A stretch of 64,000 nucleotides of DNA from Burkholderiales bacterium (GTDB lineage: Bacteria > Pseudomonadota > Gammaproteobacteria > Burkholderiales > Burkholderiaceae_C). This document shows positions 51,510 to 58,219 of the stretch, one piece after another. Position 1 is the first letter of the stretch, and every line of letters starts with the position of its first letter. The DNA is taken from positions 8,127-72,126 of the forward strand of contig JAEKLF010000037.1 in NCBI GenBank assembly GCA_019509985.1, in the 5' to 3' direction. The notes below the pieces were generated by a model. It saw only the letters and a list, made by a program, of their open reading frames with translations. It searched no databases and had not been told where the DNA came from. A program made the translations under genes and the position numbers.

Positions 51510-51585
51510 GTCGCCATAGCTCAGCTGGGAGAGCGCCGGTCTGTCGAACCGGAGGTCGCGGGATCGAGGCCCGCTGGCGGCGCCA
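51510..51585 (+). tRNA. tRNA-Asp(GTC), atypical T loop
   Basis: GTCGCCA/TGGCGGC acceptor, CCGGT-CTGTCGA-ACCGG, T loop ATCGAGG instead of TTCRANY, GCCA end. Confidence 0.82.
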
Positions 51586-51692
51586 CATTTTTCTCCTGCG
51601 TGTTGTGCCACGTAGCCGTCCGGCTGCGCACCCGCATGCAACAGTCGGAGCACCGCTCCATCCACCGTGCCAGCCCAGGAAAGGAGGTCACC

Positions 51693-52253
51693 ATGCACGA
51701 CGTTTTGCAGTTGGACATCACCGGCCTTCCGCAGGCCTGGATCTCGGTGGAGGACGCCGCCGGCCTCGTGGCCACCGACTCGGTGGTCTGGTCAGCCGGC
51801 GAGCGGCCACTGGCCGTGCTGCGGGGCGGCTTCAACACCGTTACCGGCCGCCAGTCGATGCTGGAGGTGCCGCCCATCGTGGCCCTGCGCGGCGTGTCGA
51901 GGATAAACCTCTTCGACCTGACGCCGACCTTCAGCAAGCTCAAGGTCATCAAGCGTGACCGTTGCACCTGCGCCTATTGCGGCGACGTGTTCGACCTGCG
52001 TTCACTGACCGTGGACCACATCCAGCCCGACAGCCGCGGTGGGTCCTTAAGCTGGATGAACACGGTCGCGGCCTGCCGCAGCTGCAACATGCTGAAGGCC
52101 GACCGCACGCCGGACGAGGCCCGCATGCCGCTGCTGTTCGCGCCGTTCGTGCCCAGCCGCTTCGAGGACTTCATCCTCAAGGGCCGGCACATCCGCGCGG
52201 ACGTGCACGACTGGCTGGCTGCGCGCCTGCCGAAAGGATCTCGCCTCAGCTGA
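51693..52253 (+). CDS. HNH endonuclease
   Basis: AGGAGG RBS; RDRCTCAYCG...TVDHIQPDSRGG...WMNTVAACRSCNMLKADR. Confidence 0.92.
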   Translation: MHDVLQLDITGLPQAWISVEDAAGLVATDSVVWSAGERPLAVLRGGFNTVTGRQSMLEVPPIVALRGVSRINLFDLTPTFSKLKVIKRDRCTCAYCGDVFDLRSLTVDHIQPDSRGGSLSWMNTVAACRSCNMLKADRTPDEARMPLLFAPFVPSRFEDFILKGRHIRADVHDWLAARLPKGSRLS

Positions 52254-52383
52254 GGCGACAACGAATCTGCCGAGGAAAGCAGAGCGCTCACAGGTCGGGG
52301 TTTCGAAGCCCCACCGGTGCGCCAGGACCGGGTCCGCCCGTCGTCTCGGCGTATGCCGCCCCTGCCGGAATCGACGGATAGCC

Positions 52384-52438
52384 CGTGAGGCAAGGTTGAG
52401 CCGCAAGGCATTGGGTTCGATTCCCAACTTCACGACCA
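52384..52438 (+). ncRNA. tRNA-like mini-RNA (acceptor stem + T arm + CCA, no anticodon arm)
   Basis: CGTGAGG/CTTCACG 7-bp stem, A-CCA, TTGGG-TTCGATT-CCCAA, GCC-GCAA-GGC hairpin in place of the D and anticodon arms. Confidence 0.6.
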
Positions 52439-52439
52439 C

Positions 52440-52506
52440 TGGATAGCTCAGTCGGGTAGAGCAACGAACTAGTAGTTCGTCTGTCGCGGGTTCGACTCCC
52501 GCTCCA
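52440..52506 (+). pseudogene. Pseudo-tRNA (anticodon AGT) with broken acceptor stem and no CCA
   Basis: GCTC-AGTCGGGTA-GAGC, ACGAA-CTAGTAG-TTCGT, GCGGG-TTCGACT-CCCGC; only 4 acceptor pairs (TGGA/TCCA). Confidence 0.65.
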
Positions 52507-52772
52507 AAGCTTGGCCTTGAACGCCAATCCAAAACCGGTCGCAAGACCACCCGCCGAACGTGCGCCCCGGCCTTGGCCGGACCCGCGCATCAGCGGCCCG
52601 CGCTCGCGCGCCGGGCAAGCGGGGCTCTGCAACCACGGCCAGCCGAGAGCGTCTTCAGGGAGGAGGCGCTCGACGCGCACCGTGGCGCCAGGCCCTGGCA
52701 TCCGACGTCCGCACGGGTTGCTGTAACGGCACCCTCATCCCCATCACCACGCGTCACCACAAGGAGAACACC

Positions 52773-53909
52773 ATGACGATCAAGCGTGTGGCTGTGAAGA
52801 AGAACGAGCGCGGCATCCTGCTGCGCAATGGCGATTTCGAGCGCGTGCTGCAACCCGGCACGCACTGGCTGTTCGCCGGGCTGGACGAGCTGAAGGTGGA
52901 GCTGTTTGCCATCAGCCAGCCGGCCTTCGTGCACCTGCTGACCGACTACCTGCTGGCCAAGGAGCCCGCAGTCGTCGAGGCGGAGTTCCTGCGCGTCGAG
53001 CTGAACGAACACCAGGCGGGCCTGCGCACCGAGAACGGCGTGCTGGTCGAAGTGCTGCCGCCCGCCACGCGGCGCCTGTACTGGCGCGGCCTGGTGGACG
53101 TGCAGGTCGAGGTGATCGACCTGCGTGCGTCCGTCGAACTGCCCGCGGCCGTGGCCGCACGTCTGGCCCAGCCGCAACTGCGCCCGCGCGCGGTGACCGG
53201 CCTGGCCGGCGTGCTGCAGGTCGAGGTGCCGGAAACCGGCGCCGGCCTTCTGCGCGTGGACGGCAAGGTGGAGCGACTGCTGACCGCGGGTGCTTACGCC
53301 TTCTGGCGGTTCAACCGCAACGTGACGGTGGAGCTGGTGGACCTGCGGCTGCAGGCGCTGGAAGTGACGGGCCAGGAAATCCTGACCCGTGACAAGGTGG
53401 CGCTGCGGCTCAACCTGTCGGCCAACTGGCGCTACACGGACGTGCTGCGCGCGTTCGAGCAGTTGGCCAAGCCGGCCGACCACCTCTACCGCGAGCTGCA
53501 GTTCGGCCTGCGCGCAGCGGTGGGCACGCGCACGCTGGACGAGCTGCTGGAGAACAAGTCGGTCATCGACGAGGTCGTGACCGCCCAAGTGACGTCCAAG
53601 CTGGCCGGCTACGGCCTGCAGTTGGACGGCGTGGGCGTGAAGGACATCGTGCTGCCAGGCGAGATGAAGACCATCCTCGCCCAGGTGGTGGAGGCCGGCA
53701 AGGCTGCCGAAGCCAACGTGATCCGCCGCCGCGAGGAAACCGCGGCGACGCGTTCCCTGCTCAACACGGCCAAGGTGATGGAGGACAACCCCGTCGCCCT
53801 GCGCCTGAAGGAGCTGGAAACGCTGGAACGCGTGGCCGAGCGCATCGACAAGATCTCCGTGTTCGGAGGTCTGGACCAGGTGCTCAACGGGCTGGTGAAG
53901 CTCCGTTGA
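52773..53909 (+). CDS. Slipin (SPFH/band-7) family protein
   Basis: AAGGAG RBS; GQEILTRDKVALRLN, RAAVGTRTLDELL, RRREETAATRSLLNTAKVMEDNP..LRLKELE. Confidence 0.9.
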   Translation: MTIKRVAVKKNERGILLRNGDFERVLQPGTHWLFAGLDELKVELFAISQPAFVHLLTDYLLAKEPAVVEAEFLRVELNEHQAGLRTENGVLVEVLPPATRRLYWRGLVDVQVEVIDLRASVELPAAVAARLAQPQLRPRAVTGLAGVLQVEVPETGAGLLRVDGKVERLLTAGAYAFWRFNRNVTVELVDLRLQALEVTGQEILTRDKVALRLNLSANWRYTDVLRAFEQLAKPADHLYRELQFGLRAAVGTRTLDELLENKSVIDEVVTAQVTSKLAGYGLQLDGVGVKDIVLPGEMKTILAQVVEAGKAAEANVIRRREETAATRSLLNTAKVMEDNPVALRLKELETLERVAERIDKISVFGGLDQVLNGLVKLR

Positions 53910-53959
53910 GTGCCGCCCTGCCGGCTCGGCCGGCAGGGCTCCAACTCAAAGGAGAACCC

Positions 53960-54736
53960 ATGACTACGCCGTCATTGCAATCGGCCGTGCGGCGCGCCTA
54001 CGAAGTGTTCGGCGCCTACGCGGCACCCACCCAGCCGCTGGACGTCTGCACGTTCTGCTGCATGGACGAAGAACTGGAGCGCGAGATGCGCGCCGTGCCG
54101 TTGCGCAAGCTGAAGCGCCTGCACTTCTACGAGTACAGCACCGGCGCCAAGTCCGTCGATGGCCAGCCGGCCGACGAGGTGAAGTACCTGCTGCCACGCC
54201 TGCTCGAACTGCTGGCGGCCGGCGAGGAAACCCACCACTCGATCGAGCTGGCGCTGGATCGCGTGGGGCGCTGCCACGCCGGTGCCTTCAGCAACGAAGA
54301 GCGGGCCGTGCTCGACGCCTTCATGCTGGCCTGCTTTGACGCCTGCCTGCGCGGCGAGTGGGTGGCCGAGGACTTCTGGTACGACCTCGAAGACCCGCTC
54401 GCGCTGCTGGTGATGGCCGACTACGCCGGCCTCTCGCTGGCACCGTTGCTGCAGCACTGGACTGAACACCCGAGCCCGCAATCCACGATCCGCTTCGTCG
54501 AAAGCACCTACTGGGGTTTCTGGTCCAAGCACAAGATCACCAACGCCTTCGCGACCAACCGGCCGCGGCTGCAGGCAGTCTTCAAGGACTGGACGCTGTC
54601 GCTCGACACCAAGGCGGCCTTCACCATGAAGCTGCTGCTCCCTCATTTCCTGGATCAGGTCGAACAGACACCGTCCAACACCTGCGCGCCCTTCCCCGTG
54701 ATGGTGGACGCTGTGTTCGACCACCTGACCTACTGA
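53960..54736 (+). CDS. Hypothetical protein
   Basis: AAAGGAG RBS; CTFCC cluster, KYLLPRLLEL; co-oriented between slipin and rtcB. Confidence 0.7.
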   Translation: MTTPSLQSAVRRAYEVFGAYAAPTQPLDVCTFCCMDEELEREMRAVPLRKLKRLHFYEYSTGAKSVDGQPADEVKYLLPRLLELLAAGEETHHSIELALDRVGRCHAGAFSNEERAVLDAFMLACFDACLRGEWVAEDFWYDLEDPLALLVMADYAGLSLAPLLQHWTEHPSPQSTIRFVESTYWGFWSKHKITNAFATNRPRLQAVFKDWTLSLDTKAAFTMKLLLPHFLDQVEQTPSNTCAPFPVMVDAVFDHLTY

Positions 54737-54750
54737 TAGAAAGAACAATC

Positions 54751-55014
54751 ATGGAACCCCAACACATCCACGAAGACGTCCCCGGCGGCGTGCCACTGAA
54801 GATGTGGACGCAAGGCGTGCCAGTCGAAGACTCGGCCAAGCGCCAGCTGCAGAACGCGGCCCGCCTGCCCATCGTCTTCAAGCACATCGCCGCGATGCCC
54901 GACGTGCACTTCGGCATCGGCGCCACCGTCGGCTCGGTCATCCCCACCGTCAAGGCCATCATCCCGGCTGCGGTCGGTGTGGACATCGGCTGTTCTTCCG
55001 ACATCCACTTGTAA
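54751..55014 (+). pseudogene. rtcB: RtcB RNA ligase, 5' fragment interrupted at the DIGC motif
   Basis: LPIVFKHIAAMPDVHFGIGATVGSVIP...IIPAAVGVDIGC, then unrelated SSDIHL*; no rtcB remainder found in the window. Confidence 0.9.
54979..55008. other. Candidate recombinase core/attachment site (left junction)
   Basis: GTGGACATCGG-CTGTTCTT-CCGACATCCAC: 11-bp imperfect inverted arms (9/11) around an 8-bp spacer, exactly at the rtcB breakpoint. Confidence 0.6.
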
Positions 55015-55118
55015 CCCCATCCCGAAGCATGTAGGCTCCGCCCCCGAACAACGGGAACGAGTAGCCCCAGCCTCTTTTAGAGGCGAGTAGCCCTCCGCCC
55101 CACCGAGCAGGAGGAAGG

Positions 55119-55430
55119 GTGGCCATTCAGCGCAGATCGTTCGGAGTTGCCGTATTGGAGCGGCTGCGGGCCACCGCATGCACCACGGCCTTCGGGCGGT
55201 TGGATGGCCACTTCAAGCGCGATTCAACGTTCATCCCAACAAAGGACCCCAACACTGAGCGGTGGCACTGTTCCACCTCAAAGGGTGAGTGCGAGCTGCT
55301 GGTCAATGGCCCAAAGTGGTACGACACCAGAACCCGGGAGGGTGGAGGTGGCTCGATTGATCTAGCGATGCAGTTGTACCGACTCGACTTCGTCGATGCG
55401 GTGAACCTCTTGGTGGGCAGGGGCCTATGA
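55119..55430 (+). CDS. Small conserved-looking protein, first gene of the recombinase module
   Basis: AGGAGG RBS before GTG; KWYDTR..GGGGSIDLAMQL...DFVDAVNLL recalls the primase zinc-binding-domain tail; ATGA overlap with the next gene. Confidence 0.6.
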   Translation: MAIQRRSFGVAVLERLRATACTTAFGRLDGHFKRDSTFIPTKDPNTERWHCSTSKGECELLVNGPKWYDTRTREGGGGSIDLAMQLYRLDFVDAVNLLVGRGL

Positions 55431-56611
55431 ACCTCTACTTCAGCACCAAGGACTTTGCAGTCGACGGTCAGCACTACGAAGGCTTCCCGATTCTCGTGGA
55501 CGCCTCGGGTGCAGTTGTTGAGGTCGCCCTGCTCTTCTTCGTGGACGACCTCCTCAACCGCGGTGGCGCGCGAGACCTGAAAACGTGGGCTGCCTATGGC
55601 CGGCACATGTACGACTACTTCGGCTACCTGGAGCAGCGTCTGGCCTGGGATCACATCCCAGCTGAGGGTAGTGGACAGCTCTCACCACTAGCTGCCTACG
55701 TGCGATGGTGCGACACCGACGTCCGCAATGCTCCTGGCTACGTCAACGACAAGCGCGCGACCATCGAGCGCTTCTACGAATGGGCAAAGCGGGTCGGGCG
55801 CATTGATGAGCTGCCCTTCACCCGAAGTGAAGTCATTTCATCTAGCGCTGATGGGGTGCTTGCGCACGCCTCGGCAACTCGAGGCCGACGGTCGGCGTCC
55901 AACCTGCATCTGCCTGAGAACGACGACGACGTGCCAGACATGGTGCTGTCGCGTGGCCAGATCGACGCAGCGTTTGAACACGCGACGAATCCAACGCACC
56001 GTGCCGTCCTGCACCTGAGCCTGAATGCCGGGCTGAGAGCGGAGGAGCTCGCGACGTTCCCGATGAAGTACGTCGTCGACACCAGCAGGCTATCGCCCAA
56101 GGTGAAGACGGTGCCCGTGACCCTTGATCCGAAGGACATGCACACCAAGAACGACAAGAAGCGAACAGTGCGACTGTCGGTGCGGTGCATGAACCTGCTC
56201 TGGCAGTATCGAGAGGCCGTTAGGCCACGACTGAGGGCTCGGGCGAAGGGAGGCCCCGCCGACAGCGGAGTGCTGCTCCTGACCCGGTTTGGCGTGCCAT
56301 TCGTCGCCGACGGCTTCGTGTCACCCATGGCGCGCCTAGGGAAGCGTGCTGGATTCCACATCCACCCGCACATGCTCAGGCATACGTTTGCCACCCATAC
56401 GCTAGCCTCCCTCGAGGACTTGAAGCGTGCCGGCAGGCTCAGGAGCTCGCCGCTCGTGGTTCTCAAGCGTCTTCTGGGCCATTCGAAGACAACCAACACA
56501 GAACGCTACCTGCATCTGCTGGATTCAATCGAGGACGTCTACGGCACCCGCTACCAAGCGGAGATTGACGAGTTGGCGCTGGGGTATCTGAACGAGGCAG
56601 AGAAGAAGTAG
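55427..56611 (+). CDS. Tyrosine recombinase 1
   Basis: NAGLRAEEL (R), HPHMLRHTFA (HxxR), LLGHSK (H), TERYLH (Y). Confidence 0.92.
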   Translation: MNLYFSTKDFAVDGQHYEGFPILVDASGAVVEVALLFFVDDLLNRGGARDLKTWAAYGRHMYDYFGYLEQRLAWDHIPAEGSGQLSPLAAYVRWCDTDVRNAPGYVNDKRATIERFYEWAKRVGRIDELPFTRSEVISSSADGVLAHASATRGRRSASNLHLPENDDDVPDMVLSRGQIDAAFEHATNPTHRAVLHLSLNAGLRAEELATFPMKYVVDTSRLSPKVKTVPVTLDPKDMHTKNDKKRTVRLSVRCMNLLWQYREAVRPRLRARAKGGPADSGVLLLTRFGVPFVADGFVSPMARLGKRAGFHIHPHMLRHTFATHTLASLEDLKRAGRLRSSPLVVLKRLLGHSKTTNTERYLHLLDSIEDVYGTRYQAEIDELALGYLNEAEKK

Positions 56612-58219
56612 ATGGCGAAGAAGAAGGACTTCGGGGTCGGAGGGCCGCCACCGAAGCCGGTGATCCCCATTTTCCCGACGAGTAGGACGCTCGAACGTGC
56701 GGCCGTGAGCGCTCTCGTGATCCCGCTACCTCATGGCGTCGACGCGGAGTTCGATTGGTGGGAGTACCTCGGGCATGGGTTCGATGACACGGTGTCGGCT
56801 ATCACGTTGGAGATGCGCGCCATGGTTGCGCGCGGCAGACCGAAGCCCTTGGCCTTGAAAACCATCGCCAACGGCGGCGTGATTCACTGGTTCAGGTTCT
56901 GCGTTGAGCGCGCCTCTGCGGGCACACCACCGACGTTGGACAGCATCAACGCCGAGACGATTGAGGTCTTTGCCGGTTGGCTCGCGACCCGTTTGAAGCC
57001 CGACGGCGAGCTGTGGTCGTTGAACACTGCGCGGACGGTCTACCAGAAGGTCAAGACCGTGCTGGAGGCACTTGCAGATCGCAAACTGCTGCCAAGGGAT
57101 GGGCTGTTTCCTAAGAACCCTTTCCCGGGGGCCACTGACATCAACCGGCGCCGCAACCACATACTGCCTCTGTCTGATGGCGAACGAGAGCGCATCCTCC
57201 GCCCGCTGGCGATGCAGGTTGCCCAGGTGTACGACGGCACCCACCCCGGCACACCGTCGACGCAATTGGGGCTGTGCGTCTTTGCCATCTTCTTGAAGAC
57301 CGGCGTCAACCCCACCCCGTTCCTCGAAATCCCTCGGGACCTGCAGAAGTGCTTCATGAGTCATCCGCGCGTGAACACGAGGATTCTGGTGACCTTCAAG
57401 CGCCGGGCGAACAAGCGCACCAAGACGCCGCTGGAGCCTGAGTCTCGGGTGGTGTCGCTGGACGTCTATAAGCTCTGTGAGCGCGTTCTGGGCCTCACCG
57501 AGGGTGCGGCCAAGCTGGCGGTTGGCACGAAGCTGGAGGGCTTGCTGTGGGTCTACGAGCTCGATGGTGCACCCCGTGGCATGACGACCGAGACGCTGAG
57601 CGCCGTCGCCAACGCATTCACGTCGCGTCACGCCCTTGTGCGCGACGACGGCACCCGCCTGAAGATGAGCAGCCAGCTCTTCCGCAACACCAAGCTCAAT
57701 CGCGTCTGGCGAGCGTCCAAGGGCGACCTGCTCGCAACGGCGCGAAGCGGATCGAACACGCCGACTGCCGCTCAGCGATACCTCGCAGTCACTCCCGACA
57801 TGCTCGACGAACATCGCATGGCAGGCGAGGTGCTGGTGGACACCCTGTCGGCTGCCGGCCCGAGGGACAACACGCCGCACAGCGGCTGCAAGGATGCCTT
57901 CAACGGCGAGTTCGCGCCGAAGGACGGCTCGCCTTGTGTCGACTTCCTCTCGTGCTTCCGATGCAAGTCTCAGGTCATCATCCAGGACGACCTCTACAAG
58001 CTGTTCTCGTTCTATTGGGCGCTGTTTTCGCAGCGGAGCCACATTGGCCAAGACAACTGGCGCAAGCTCTTCGGCTGGGTCACGAGGGTGATTGACCGCG
58101 ACATCGCGCCGAAGTTCGATGCGACGGTCGTGGAACGAGAGAGGGCTCGCGCCCGCTCCGAACCACACCCGATGTGGCGGTCTCCGTCGGTCTTAGCTGC
58201 ACTGAGGTCCATCCAATGA
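56612..58219 (+). CDS. Tyrosine-recombinase-fold protein 2 with degenerate catalytic residues
   Basis: KTGVNPT (N at the usual R), QLFRNT, GSNTPTAAQRYL; C-terminal Cys cluster CKD..C..FLSCFRC; starts directly after the upstream stop. Confidence 0.7.
   Translation: MAKKKDFGVGGPPPKPVIPIFPTSRTLERAAVSALVIPLPHGVDAEFDWWEYLGHGFDDTVSAITLEMRAMVARGRPKPLALKTIANGGVIHWFRFCVERASAGTPPTLDSINAETIEVFAGWLATRLKPDGELWSLNTARTVYQKVKTVLEALADRKLLPRDGLFPKNPFPGATDINRRRNHILPLSDGERERILRPLAMQVAQVYDGTHPGTPSTQLGLCVFAIFLKTGVNPTPFLEIPRDLQKCFMSHPRVNTRILVTFKRRANKRTKTPLEPESRVVSLDVYKLCERVLGLTEGAAKLAVGTKLEGLLWVYELDGAPRGMTTETLSAVANAFTSRHALVRDDGTRLKMSSQLFRNTKLNRVWRASKGDLLATARSGSNTPTAAQRYLAVTPDMLDEHRMAGEVLVDTLSAAGPRDNTPHSGCKDAFNGEFAPKDGSPCVDFLSCFRCKSQVIIQDDLYKLFSFYWALFSQRSHIGQDNWRKLFGWVTRVIDRDIAPKFDATVVERERARARSEPHPMWRSPSVLAALRSIQ

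Noticed and set aside
54990-55014. Intein or in-frame insertion at the RtcB Cys
   Set aside because: An in-frame TAA follows six codons later and the downstream genes are recombinases, not a splicing domain
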